From: Gemmatimonadales bacterium
GTDB lineage: Bacteria; Gemmatimonadota; Gemmatimonadetes; Gemmatimonadales; GWC2-71-9
Length of the DNA stretch: 64,000 bases
NCBI GenBank assembly: GCA_041577295.1
Contig: JBFGJG010000002.1
Span: forward strand, 179,167-243,166
Direction: 5' to 3'
Under the pieces are notes generated by a model. It had not been told where the DNA came from. It worked only from the letters and a program-made list of their open reading frames with translations, and ran no database searches. Below are positions 48,328-57,975 of the stretch, one piece after another (position 1 is the stretch's first letter; each line of letters opens with the position of its first letter). The position numbers and the translations under genes are program-made.

Positions 48328-49869
48328 TCAGGATGAATGCGTCAGAATGGAAGTCAGTGAGTCTATCGATCGCGCCAGGTCACCGGTCAAGCGGCCGATC
48401 TCCTCGATGGCTGTCGATTGGTCGGCCATCTGGTCCGCCGCTTCACGTGCCCGCGCGCGGGTCTGCGCCCCCGCAGTCGTTGCAGCTACGAGTTGCGTCG
48501 CAAGAGTCGCAGTGTGGGTCCGATGCTCTTGCGCGGCGACAGCTATCTCGCCGATACGGCGCGTCGTTTCAACCAGACCGGCATGGAGCTCCTCATACGT
48601 CTCCCGCGCCTCGGCTGCGACGGTATCGATGTCGCGTACACGACCTTCACCGGACACCGTCTCGGCAGCAGCCGCATCCGCGCGCGCCCGCAATTCGCTA
48701 ATGGCGTCGGCAATTTCATGGGCGGATGCTGCCGCCTCGGCAGCCAAGAGGCGTACTTCCTCGGCCACTGAGGCGAATCCCTCACCATGCTCTTCAGCGT
48801 GCGCTGCCTCGATCGCGGCATTGAGCGCGAGCAGCCGCGTCTGCCGAGCGATTCGGCCAATGGAGCGTGCGAAATCACCAACGCGGTCGGCGAGCACGCG
48901 CAACTCCTCGACCTGAGTCCGCGTCGTATGCATATGAGCCTCAACGCCCTGGAGAAATTGACTAGTCTTCGCGACGTGCTCCCTGCCCTTTCCCGCCTTC
49001 TGCACGAGGACATTCGCATCGTTACCAAGGTTCTGCGCTGAATCGAACACCCCGTTCGATGTGACTGGTTCGCTCCCCGGCTGCCGGGTCGCACCCGGTA
49101 ACCCCACTGCCAACTCACTGGCGAGGTGAGATATGGCCTCATGGACTCCCCGCGTCGTCTCCCTGGCACGATTGAGGGTTGTCGTGATCGCCGTGATCGT
49201 GGCTCGAATGTGTTCCAGGGGATCAAGGGCGCTCGTGACCACCGTGGTGTATCGGTTCAACACACCATCGACGGCCACTGCGAGACCGGTCAACTCCGGC
49301 GGATGACCACCTCCTGCACGCGCTCCGAGGTCACCACGCGCTGCCCGTTCCGCCGCGTCGCCAATGACTCGGAGGTGATTGCTCATGGTAGCCGTTACGT
49401 GAGCAAGCAAGCCAGACACACCAATCAAGGCTACCGCTTCGATCAGGAGTGGAGCGAGCGATGGCGCCCCGCTGCCGGGAAAGCTGGCGCGATGAATCAC
49501 GTGTGAGGCGAGAAACGCGATCCCACCGCCTGCTGCGGCGGCCCAACGGCCAACGGCGTCGCGCGACGCTGCAAACGGAAGAATTGCGGGAAGCAAAAGC
49601 ACACTCAGTCCCCGCGGGCCGTGAAGAGCGAGGATTATGGTGATGATCGCGATGTCAGCGGCAAACAGAGTCGTCGTCTGCCGCTCGACGGGCATTCGTC
49701 GCGCGATCGCGTTCACAGCCACGATGCCCGCCGTCAACAGTCCCGCTGCAATGACGATGATGGTTGTGGAGACGGGCGCCGCTTTCAAGGTGCGTCCGAA
49801 GACCAGCACGGCCAATCCTAGCGACAGGAGCACCCAGCGGCGCCGCTCACCAACCACTCGAGCTTGCAC
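48328..49869 (-). CDS. methyl-accepting chemotaxis protein with multi-TM N-terminus
   Basis: [34 protein letters not shown]; several TM helices and HAMP. Confidence 0.92.
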   Translation of the reverse strand: MQARVVGERRRWVLLSLGLAVLVFGRTLKAAPVSTTIIVIAAGLLTAGIVAVNAIARRMPVERQTTTLFAADIAIITIILALHGPRGLSVLLLPAILPFAASRDAVGRWAAAAGGGIAFLASHVIHRASFPGSGAPSLAPLLIEAVALIGVSGLLAHVTATMSNHLRVIGDAAERAARGDLGARAGGGHPPELTGLAVAVDGVLNRYTTVVTSALDPLEHIRATITAITTTLNRARETTRGVHEAISHLASELAVGLPGATRQPGSEPVTSNGVFDSAQNLGNDANVLVQKAGKGREHVAKTSQFLQGVEAHMHTTRTQVEELRVLADRVGDFARSIGRIARQTRLLALNAAIEAAHAEEHGEGFASVAEEVRLLAAEAAASAHEIADAISELRARADAAAAETVSGEGRVRDIDTVAAEARETYEELHAGLVETTRRIGEIAVAAQEHRTHTATLATQLVAATTAGAQTRARAREAADQMADQSTAIEEIGRLTGDLARSIDSLTSILTHSS

Positions 49870-49871
49870 TG

Positions 49872-50465
49872 TTATTCGAGCGGCTCGAAGTCGGCCCCCA
49901 CCCCTAAATCCCGCGCTGTGACCAACGTTTCAACAGCGACGCCGCTCTCCTCAACTCTCTGACGGCCACCCTGTTGGCGGTCCACGACAGCTAGCACGCC
50001 GAGGATTACCGCCCGCTCAGCGGTAAGCGTCTCAATCGCCTGAAGAACGGAGCTTCCTGTCGTCAGCACATCCTCGACCACGACGACACGAGCGCCGGCC
50101 TGGAAGCACCCTTCGATCGATCGCCCGGTTCCGTGCTGCTTTCGCTCTTTGCGCACGGTGAATGCGTCGATCACCGGGGGGGTTTGGTGCGACGCCATGG
50201 CAATTGCGTACGCAATGGGGTCGGCGCCAAGGGTCAAACCGCCGACGAAATCAGGATTCCACCCGGCCCTCTGAATGGTCGAAATCCCGAGTGCGCCGAT
50301 GACGCTCAGACCGTCGGCCGACATCGTGGTCCGTCGCGCGTCGATGTAATAGGCGGAAGTGGCGCCTGAGGCGAGTCGAAAGCTGCCCAACTCAAGAGAC
50401 CGATCCCTCAAGAGGCGGATGAGGCGCCCCAGATCTGAGGAGCGAGCGCTAGCTTCTTCTCCCAC
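49872..50465 (-). CDS. pyrE: orotate phosphoribosyltransferase
   Basis: FRLASG..SAYYID, RKERKQHGTG, VVVEDVLTTGSS. Confidence 0.96.
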   Translation of the reverse strand: MGEEASARSSDLGRLIRLLRDRSLELGSFRLASGATSAYYIDARRTTMSADGLSVIGALGISTIQRAGWNPDFVGGLTLGADPIAYAIAMASHQTPPVIDAFTVRKERKQHGTGRSIEGCFQAGARVVVVEDVLTTGSSVLQAIETLTAERAVILGVLAVVDRQQGGRQRVEESGVAVETLVTARDLGVGADFEPLE

Positions 50466-50489
50466 AATAGTAGTTGTCTTTACTACTAC

Positions 50490-51410
50490 TCATTTACGTC
50501 GTTCACGAAGCATCGACTTGAGGGCCCCCAGCATGCCGCGCTTTTCGTCTCCGGTCTCAGCTCCGCCGTTATCCAGCGATCGGCCGAGCTCATCTGCAAA
50601 GGCACGAACATCTGGCTGCCGGTTCTTGGGATCCCGGTCCAGTGCGCGCATCACGGCTTCCTCGAGCTTGGCCGGAAACTTCACGCCCTTCACTGCCTCG
50701 TTGAGCGGCGTTGGCGGCTCCGTCAGAAGCTGCTGGAAGAGCTCGCGTGGTGACCGACCCGTATACGGATGGCAGCCGGCCAGCAGGTAGTACGCGATCG
50801 TAGCCAGGCTGTAGAGGTCCGCTGACTCGTCCACAAGTTCACCGGAAAGGGCCTCTGGAGCCACGTATTGCAGCGTCCCAACAAAGAATCCCGTGCGCGT
50901 GAGCCGCTGCGACGGATCCATTTCCGCGTCCCGGGCAATCCCGAAGTCAAGGAGTTTGACGATCCGTGTCGAGGGGTCGTAGATGATGTTCTCGGGCTTG
51001 AGATCGCGATGGATGATTCCCTCGGCGTGCGACACCTTGAGGCCATCCGCTAACTGGTCGATGATGTGTCCAACGACTGCGGGGGCAAGACGTCCCGAAC
51101 GCTGCGCATATTGCGACAGGGGCTCGCCCTCCGCCCATTCGAGCGCCAGGTAGTACAGTCCGTCTTCCTCGCCATAATCGTAGGTTCCGACGATCGCGGG
51201 ATGCTGAACCCGCGATCCGTATCCAGCCTCACGTAGGAACCGCTTGACGGCGTTTTCGTCGTTGCGAAGGCGTTGGCGGAGCACTTTGACCGCGCACTTG
51301 CCGTGATCTTGGTGCTCAGCCCGATAGACGGTTGCCGTGCCACCTTCACCGATCCGCTCCAATAGGCGGTAACCGGCAATAGTCCGGCCAGCAAGGTTTT
51401 CCTGTGTCAT
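50490..51410 (-). CDS. cytoplasmic Ser/Thr protein kinase
   Basis: GEGGTATV, AVKVL, HRDLKPENI, LLDFG, GTLQYVAPE. Confidence 0.95.
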   Translation of the reverse strand: MTQENLAGRTIAGYRLLERIGEGGTATVYRAEHQDHGKCAVKVLRQRLRNDENAVKRFLREAGYGSRVQHPAIVGTYDYGEEDGLYYLALEWAEGEPLSQYAQRSGRLAPAVVGHIIDQLADGLKVSHAEGIIHRDLKPENIIYDPSTRIVKLLDFGIARDAEMDPSQRLTRTGFFVGTLQYVAPEALSGELVDESADLYSLATIAYYLLAGCHPYTGRSPRELFQQLLTEPPTPLNEAVKGVKFPAKLEEAVMRALDRDPKNRQPDVRAFADELGRSLDNGGAETGDEKRGMLGALKSMLRERRK

Positions 51411-51621
51411 AGTGTGCGCGAAAGTAAGTTCACTCCTTGAAGCTCGGCAAGTCACGAGATACTGTGACCAGGCAGCGGTTTTTCGGGGCACGCGACATGC
51501 GGAGTACGCAGGGACGGGCTTGCGGTGGGAACCCCGGCGGTCTGCTTGGAGTACGGGACCAATGTGTGACGTGCCTCATCGCCCTAAACAGTGGTTTGGA
51601 ATAAAATCAAAGCGATTCCTC

Positions 51622-53874
51622 TTGCGACTAAATAAGCGGTTGTTGCTCCCGTTGCTGCTCGTGACCGGCCTGAGCGTCGTGTTCGGCGGTCATGCCCCCG
51701 GACAGTTCGCTGTGCGTGGGGCGTCGTGGGATGCCGAGTGGGCTTGGCACCGGGCAGAGCGGATGCAGCCCGAGGCGTCCGTACAGCCACACACCTCAGC
51801 TGACAGCCTGCAACTGGCTCGAGCGGAAGTAGCTCTCGGCCGCGCGAGGCGTGCACGACCCCTGCTCGAGCCATGGTTGGCCGACTCCTCTCTACGTAGT
51901 GACCCCCGTGTCCAAGGCCTCGCCGGCGACCTGCTCCTGCTCGAGGACAGGCCGACGAATGCTGCTCGCTACTTCTCGTCGGCGGCACTCCACTCGGCGG
52001 GCGTGCAGCGCGGGATTTGGCACGCGCGGGCAGGTGCGGCGTTCGAGGCCGCCGGTGAGCTCGAGGCGGCGGCCGCTCAGTACCGTGAGGCGCGAACGAA
52101 GCTGCCAACGATCGAGGGTTGGCTGGCAATCCGCGAGGCGCGCGTGACTGCGGATCCCAATGAGGCCCTCAAGCTGTTGAGGCGGGCACCGCCAGAGGCC
52201 CAGCGGCTGGTCACGGGGGTGCGAGGGCGCGCCCAGCTCGCGGCGGGGGACTCAACCGCGGCCATTCGGTCGTTCGCGGCCGCAAACGACGACACGGCAG
52301 CAGCGAGAATCGCGCTGATATTGAACGATACAGCCCGCGCCCGACGCTTCGCGTACAGTGCCCTCCAGTCGTCGGACACGGCGATGGTGGCGGCCGCGTT
52401 ACGGATGGTCGAATCGGCGCTTCCCCCGCGACTGCAGTCCGAGCGCATTCAGATCGCTCGCGCAATGGTACAGACGCGTCGCGCGCGCGACGCACGGCGC
52501 ATCCTCGCGCAGACGGTCGATGATGGTGACACGAGCGCCGCGACCCTGTTGCTCTACGGCACGGTGCTCGAGGATCTCGGTGATCGAGCAAAGGCCCTCA
52601 CGGTTTATGCACGCGCGCGCAGTGATGGAAGTTCGGAAGCACGTGTCGCGGCATATCGGTACGCAAGGCTGCTGCGACGGGTGGGGCGCCGGGAGGACGG
52701 ATACCGAGCCCTGCTGCAATTCGCGCGGGAGTTCCCCGAGCGATCCGAAGCACCGTTGGCAGTTTTCCTGGTAGCCGATGCGCGCGCCGACGCCGGCCGG
52801 CGGCGGGAAGCGGACAGTCTCCTGATCGCCCTGGCGGAAGGGTGGCCGCGAGATGCGTACGCGTCCCGAGCGCGCATTACATTGGCGACCGATGCCACCC
52901 GACGTGGCGATATGGTTGCCGCCGAAGGCTGGTATCAGGCTGAAATCGCCGCCCGTGGTGTACAGCGATCGGCAGCTTTCTTCTTTGCGGGTCGGTTGCG
53001 CGCGACGCGCGGCGATAGCGTCGGCGCGCGCGCGCTGTGGCTGCAGGTGGCAGAGCTCGATTCGCTCGGGTATTACGGGAGCGCGGCGCGAACAGCACTC
53101 GGTCTTCCCGCGCTGCGCGTGCCGCCGTCAACTGCTCCACAAACGGCCGTGAGCGTGCGTGCATCCCTGCAGCGACTCGATCTCCTCCGGTCCGCACTCC
53201 CCAACGGTGAAGAAGTTGCCGAGCTGATTCGCGTGCTCATGGCTCAAGACGATCGGCCGGTCCCTGAACTGTTGGATTTGGCGGAGGGCTTCATTGAGCG
53301 TGGATGGGTATCTCAGGGCATTCGGCTGGGATGGCAGGCGGCTCAACGTCACACGATGCACGATCCTCGAGTGCTCCGCGTCATCTACCCGTGGCCGTAC
53401 GAGTCGCTGATCCGAGAGGAGGCGAAGAAATTTGACCTCGACCCCTATCTGATCACCGCGCTGATTCGCCAAGAGTCGAGCTTCCTAGCAGAAGTGACCT
53501 CTCGTGCTGGGGCTCGCGGATTGATGCAGCTGATGCCGTCGACTGCCACCTACGTCGCTCGACGGATCGGCGTGAGCTGGAGCGACGCCTTCCTCGGCGT
53601 GCCCGATGCCAATGTCCACGTCGGCACAGCACACCTGTCGGCGCTGATGCGTCAATACGACCGCGAGTTGATTCCGGCGCTCGCCGCGTACAACGCGGGT
53701 GGACGCCCGGTGTCCCGCTGGTTGCGGTACCCCGAAGCCGGTGACCCGTACGCGTTCGTCGAGCGGATCCCCTACGTCGAAACGCGAAATTACGTCAAGA
53801 TCGTGCTTCGGAATCGCGAGCTTTACCGCGCACTCTACCCGCCCAATGCGCTCGAGGAGGCCTCTTCGCAGTGA
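51622..53874 (+). CDS. soluble lytic murein transglycosylase (TPR + SLT); start uncertain
   Basis: ALIRQESSF, GARGLMQLMPST, AAYNAG, IPYVETRNYV. Confidence 0.93.
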   Translation: MRLNKRLLLPLLLVTGLSVVFGGHAPGQFAVRGASWDAEWAWHRAERMQPEASVQPHTSADSLQLARAEVALGRARRARPLLEPWLADSSLRSDPRVQGLAGDLLLLEDRPTNAARYFSSAALHSAGVQRGIWHARAGAAFEAAGELEAAAAQYREARTKLPTIEGWLAIREARVTADPNEALKLLRRAPPEAQRLVTGVRGRAQLAAGDSTAAIRSFAAANDDTAAARIALILNDTARARRFAYSALQSSDTAMVAAALRMVESALPPRLQSERIQIARAMVQTRRARDARRILAQTVDDGDTSAATLLLYGTVLEDLGDRAKALTVYARARSDGSSEARVAAYRYARLLRRVGRREDGYRALLQFAREFPERSEAPLAVFLVADARADAGRRREADSLLIALAEGWPRDAYASRARITLATDATRRGDMVAAEGWYQAEIAARGVQRSAAFFFAGRLRATRGDSVGARALWLQVAELDSLGYYGSAARTALGLPALRVPPSTAPQTAVSVRASLQRLDLLRSALPNGEEVAELIRVLMAQDDRPVPELLDLAEGFIERGWVSQGIRLGWQAAQRHTMHDPRVLRVIYPWPYESLIREEAKKFDLDPYLITALIRQESSFLAEVTSRAGARGLMQLMPSTATYVARRIGVSWSDAFLGVPDANVHVGTAHLSALMRQYDRELIPALAAYNAGGRPVSRWLRYPEAGDPYAFVERIPYVETRNYVKIVLRNRELYRALYPPNALEEASSQ

Positions 53875-54413
53875 ATGCGTGGCTGCGGCGGGCGCTACAC
53901 GCAGCCACGGCCAGCATTCTCTTTCTCGTGCCGATCGTGACCTGGCTACAGTTTCGGCTGATAGTGTGGCTCGTCGCGATTCTGGTTTTGTTGGTTGACG
54001 GCCTCCGCTTAACCACACCGCTATTCCGCGACATGCTCACCCGCCTGTTTCCGATCTTCCGGCCGCATGAAGTTCACCGACCGAGCGGCGGGTCGTGGCT
54101 GTGGGTCGGGTACGCAGCGGCGGTGCTCCTTCCGCCCAGGGCGGCGATCGCCGGCATCCTCGTGGCGGCTTTCGCCGATCCAGTTGCCGCCACGGTGGGG
54201 CGGCGGTTTGGGTCACCATTGCGGAAGTCGTGGCAGGGGACGCTCGCGGCCTTGGTCGTTGGTATCGGCGCGCTATTGGTCGTTCGATTTCCGTGGTCAG
54301 TGGCGTTCGCAGGAGCCGCAGCGGGGGCGCTGCTCGAGCGGTGGTCCGGACCGCTCGACGACAACCTGCTCGTCGCCCCAGGTGTCGCGGGCGTGGTGAC
54401 GATCTTGATGTGA
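53871..54413 (+). CDS. CTP-dependent polyprenol/diacylglycerol kinase-like membrane protein
   Basis: RRALH, FADPVAATVG..FG, KSWQGT, LDDNL motifs of the dolichol/phytol kinase family. Confidence 0.85.
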   Translation: MNAWLRRALHAATASILFLVPIVTWLQFRLIVWLVAILVLLVDGLRLTTPLFRDMLTRLFPIFRPHEVHRPSGGSWLWVGYAAAVLLPPRAAIAGILVAAFADPVAATVGRRFGSPLRKSWQGTLAALVVGIGALLVVRFPWSVAFAGAAAGALLERWSGPLDDNLLVAPGVAGVVTILM

Positions 54414-54449
54414 TCCCACGTGCCGGCACTCTCTGCTACCTTCCCCGGC

Positions 54450-57209
54450 ATGAACTTGGTCGCCAAAGCCGAATCTGAGCCCACCCTATTCCTGATCGAT
54501 GGTTACGCCCTGATCTATCGGGCGTTTTTCGCCATGATCGGCCGCCCACTGCGAACGAGCCGCGGCGAGAACACCTCGGCGGTCTGGGGTGTTGCCACCT
54601 TCCTACAGCGACTCTTCTCCGAACACCATCCGACGCACATCGCGTGGGTGCACGACTGCGGTACCTCATTTCGCACCGAGGTATACACGGAGTACAAGGC
54701 CACGCGACAGAAGCTCGATGAAGAGCTGCAGGAAGACTTCGACCGCTCGTTGGAGCGCATCCACGCATTGCTGGCCGCATTTCGCATCCCGCTAGTGGAA
54801 ATTGATGGTTACGAAGCTGACGACGTCATTGGCACGTTGGCCACGGTGGGTGCGGATGCGGGCATGCGCGTGGTGATCGTGTCAGGTGATAAGGATTTCT
54901 ACCAGCTGATTTCACCGCGTGTTTCACTGTTGAATCCAGGCCGAGGCGGTCCATCGGCGATCACCGAACAACTGGTGGACTCCTCCAACGCCCACGAGCG
55001 CCTTGGGGTCCAACCGGAGCGCGTCGTGGACTATTTAGCGCTGGTCGGTGACTCCTCCGACAACGTTCCTGGCGTGCGCGGCGTTGGCGACAAGACGGCC
55101 CGACAGCTCATCGAGAGCTACGGCGATCTCGATAGCATTCTCGCGCACGCGCCCGACGTCAAAGGCAAACGCGCGCGCGAGGCGCTGGCCACCTACGCAG
55201 ACGAGGCACGGCTGAGCCGCCAATTGGTGACGATCCGACGGGACGTGCCGCTGTCCCTGGACCTACAGACGCTCGAGGTGAGGGAGGCGGATTTCTCGAG
55301 CCTACGCGCGCTGTACGCCGAGCTCGAGTTTCACACCCTATTGCCCGATCTCGACGAGGCCGCGCCGGCGGAACCGGCGGCGACGACAGCGACGGTCACC
55401 ACGCCTGATGGTGTCCATCGGTTGGTAAAAGCGGTGCGCCAGGCGGGGCGGATGGCACTCCACACCGAGCTGTCCGGCAGCGATCCGTTGCGAGCTCGGT
55501 TAGTCGGGCTCTCCATAGCGGTCCCGGGCGGCCGAGGGTGGTACCTGCCGTTTGCGCACCGACCTCCCGACGGCGAGTTGGGTGCGGAGCCGGTCGAAAA
55601 CGTGACAGCGCTCTCGCATGCTTCGATGGCCCCGCTTCGGGAGCTGGTTGGGGATCCCGCGGTGGCCAAAGTCGGGCACGACATCAAACGGGACTGGCTG
55701 GCCCTCCAGCAAGCCGGCATCGAGTTGAGAGGGGTGAGTGGTGACACGGCGCTTGCGAGCTTCGTGCTCGACCCTGGTCGCCGATCACACACGTTGGAAG
55801 TACTTGCCTTAGAGCACCTTGGTTTGGTGCTCACGTCGGAGTCGAGCTTGGTTGGCAAGGGACGGAGCGCGCGCCCCTTCGCCGAGGTCGCTCCGGCCAG
55901 AGCCACGGAGTTCTGTGTCGCGCACAGCGATGCCATCCTGCGACTGAACGAACACTACGCCTCGCGCCTTCAGGAGTTGGGCTTGGCGGAGCTGCTCGAA
56001 CGGATCGAACTCCCCTTGGTGGCGGTCCTCGTCGACATGGAACGGCGTGGTATCGCGATCGACACGGAACGATTGGCGGCGTTGTCCCGCGAGTTCGCCA
56101 GTGAGTTGGCGCAGATCGAGCAGGCGATCTATCGAGAGGCCGGTGTGGACTTCAACATCAACAGCACACCACAACTCCGGCACATCCTCTTTGAAAAGCT
56201 GAACCTCCCGATTATCAAAAAGACCAAGACTGGACCCTCCACAGATGCCGAGGTGCTGGCCCAGCTTGCCGAGATGGGCTTCGAGGTGCCGCGGTTGCTG
56301 CTCGAATACCGCGAGTTGAGCAAGCTGCAATCGACCTACGTCGATGTTCTCCCACAGAGCATCCATCCGCAAACCGGTCGCATCCACACGAGCTTCAACC
56401 AAGCCGTGGCTGCGACGGGTCGTTTGTCGTCGGCGGATCCCAACCTCCAGAACATCCCGGTGCGCACACCTCGCGGTGAACGGATTCGCCAATGCTTCAT
56501 CCCAGCCCCCGGCGCGTCGTTCATCGTGGCAGACTACTCACAGATCGAGTTGCGGGTGCTCGCCCACCTGTCGGGAGACCCGGCGTTCATTGCTGCCTTC
56601 AAGCGGGGCGGAGATATACATCGAGAGACAGCGGGAATCATTTTTGACGTTGCCGTCGATGCCGTGACGCCGGAGATGCGCGCTCGCGCGAAAACCATCA
56701 ACTTCGCGACGATCTACGGGCAGGGTCCGTTTGCTCTGAGCCGCCAACTCGGGATCTCCCAAGAGGAGGCTCGCGAGTTCATCCGCTTGTACTTTGAGCG
56801 TTTTGCCGGAGTGCGGGCATTCCTGGACGATACCGTCGCGCAGGCAAAAAAAGTCGGATATGTGGAGACCCTATTCGGCCGCAGACGGTACATTCCCGAG
56901 CTCAAGGATCCGAACTACAACGTCCGAGCCTTCGGGGAGCGAACGGCGATGAACTCGCCCATTCAGGGGTCGGCTGCGGACATCATCAAGATGGCTATGA
57001 TAAGGCTGCACAAGGCCTTGCACGATGCCCACATGCGTAGCGCGATTCTGCTGCAGGTGCACGACGAGCTCGTCATCGAGGCCCCAGATCCGGAGGTCGA
57101 GCAAGCCGGTGCAATGGTGCAGCGCCAAATGGAGGGTGCGGCCGCGCTCGAAGTCCCACTCGTGGTCGACGTTGGTGTAGGGCCAAACTGGCTCGATGCA
57201 AAGCGTTGA
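54450..57209 (+). CDS. polA: DNA polymerase I
   Basis: LIDGYALIYRAFFA, YEADDVIGT, TGRLSS.DPNLQNIP, DYSQIELR, KTINF..IYG, LLQVHDEL. Confidence 0.99.
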   Translation: MNLVAKAESEPTLFLIDGYALIYRAFFAMIGRPLRTSRGENTSAVWGVATFLQRLFSEHHPTHIAWVHDCGTSFRTEVYTEYKATRQKLDEELQEDFDRSLERIHALLAAFRIPLVEIDGYEADDVIGTLATVGADAGMRVVIVSGDKDFYQLISPRVSLLNPGRGGPSAITEQLVDSSNAHERLGVQPERVVDYLALVGDSSDNVPGVRGVGDKTARQLIESYGDLDSILAHAPDVKGKRAREALATYADEARLSRQLVTIRRDVPLSLDLQTLEVREADFSSLRALYAELEFHTLLPDLDEAAPAEPAATTATVTTPDGVHRLVKAVRQAGRMALHTELSGSDPLRARLVGLSIAVPGGRGWYLPFAHRPPDGELGAEPVENVTALSHASMAPLRELVGDPAVAKVGHDIKRDWLALQQAGIELRGVSGDTALASFVLDPGRRSHTLEVLALEHLGLVLTSESSLVGKGRSARPFAEVAPARATEFCVAHSDAILRLNEHYASRLQELGLAELLERIELPLVAVLVDMERRGIAIDTERLAALSREFASELAQIEQAIYREAGVDFNINSTPQLRHILFEKLNLPIIKKTKTGPSTDAEVLAQLAEMGFEVPRLLLEYRELSKLQSTYVDVLPQSIHPQTGRIHTSFNQAVAATGRLSSADPNLQNIPVRTPRGERIRQCFIPAPGASFIVADYSQIELRVLAHLSGDPAFIAAFKRGGDIHRETAGIIFDVAVDAVTPEMRARAKTINFATIYGQGPFALSRQLGISQEEAREFIRLYFERFAGVRAFLDDTVAQAKKVGYVETLFGRRRYIPELKDPNYNVRAFGERTAMNSPIQGSAADIIKMAMIRLHKALHDAHMRSAILLQVHDELVIEAPDPEVEQAGAMVQRQMEGAAALEVPLVVDVGVGPNWLDAKR

Positions 57210-57260
57210 CCGTTGCACGGTCGCCGTGGTTTGGGCCATTATGGAAGCTTGGCAAGTAAT

Positions 57261-57276
57261 TGGAATGAGGTTTGCT
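57261..57276 (+). promoter_or_regulatory. sigma54 -24/-12 promoter of the pilin gene
   Basis: TGGAAT-GAGGT-TTGCT (GG-N10-GC). Confidence 0.6.
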
Positions 57277-57290
57277 GAGTTACTTTCGCA

Positions 57291-57677
57291 ATGAACCGGC
57301 GTAGAGGTTTCACGTTTGTTGAGCTGATGATCGTCGTGACGATCATGGGATTGCTGGCGACCATCGCCATCAATCGGATGATCGGTACGCGAGAACGTTC
57401 GTTTACGGCGACAATGAAGTCTGATCTTCGCAATCTTGCGCTTGCGGAGGAGTCGTACTTCTACGACACAGACATCTACACCGCGGACCTCGTGCTCCTC
57501 GAAACCCGCGGCTTCACCCGCAGCACCGGTGTGGGTATCACGATCAATGAGGCGACCGTGATCGGCTGGTCAGCCACGGCCGAGCACCCCAACACCAGTG
57601 CTCGATGCTACATCTTTGTCGGTGGAGCGGCCCCTGTTGGTCCAACCACGCAAGAAGGAGAAGTCCGCTGTAGCTGA
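57291..57677 (+). CDS. type IV pilin-like protein
   Basis: MNRRRG/FTFVELMIVVTIMGLLATIAI class III signal with E+5; C-terminal Cys pair. Confidence 0.93.
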   Translation: MNRRRGFTFVELMIVVTIMGLLATIAINRMIGTRERSFTATMKSDLRNLALAEESYFYDTDIYTADLVLLETRGFTRSTGVGITINEATVIGWSATAEHPNTSARCYIFVGGAAPVGPTTQEGEVRCS

Positions 57678-57714
57678 GCCCACGTGGTGCGAGTTCGCAC
57701 GACGTCGGGAGGGC

Positions 57715-57975
57715 ATGATTCACGCCTTGGAGGGCGGGCTCTGGCTACATCGGTTCATGTTACGTGGTGAGCGTTGGGCTCACCTCGTCTCATCCGACCG
57801 CGAACTCCTCATCCAAGCCGGGAAACGCTTAGGGATGCGACCGGAATGGCTTCAATACAAGTCGCTCAAGCATCCGCTCAGGGGGGAACGCGTCGAGGCG
57901 TGGCACTGGGATCTGAGGGGAGAACGCCTGGCTTGGGCTCTTCGTCTCGCCGCACCTCGCGTTCCGGCGGAGTAG
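57715..57975 (+). CDS. DUF4031-like small protein
   Basis: WAHLVSSD..LL..AG.RLGMRPEWLQ...HWDL; GGAGGG RBS; start uncertain. Confidence 0.7.
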   Translation: MIHALEGGLWLHRFMLRGERWAHLVSSDRELLIQAGKRLGMRPEWLQYKSLKHPLRGERVEAWHWDLRGERLAWALRLAAPRVPAE

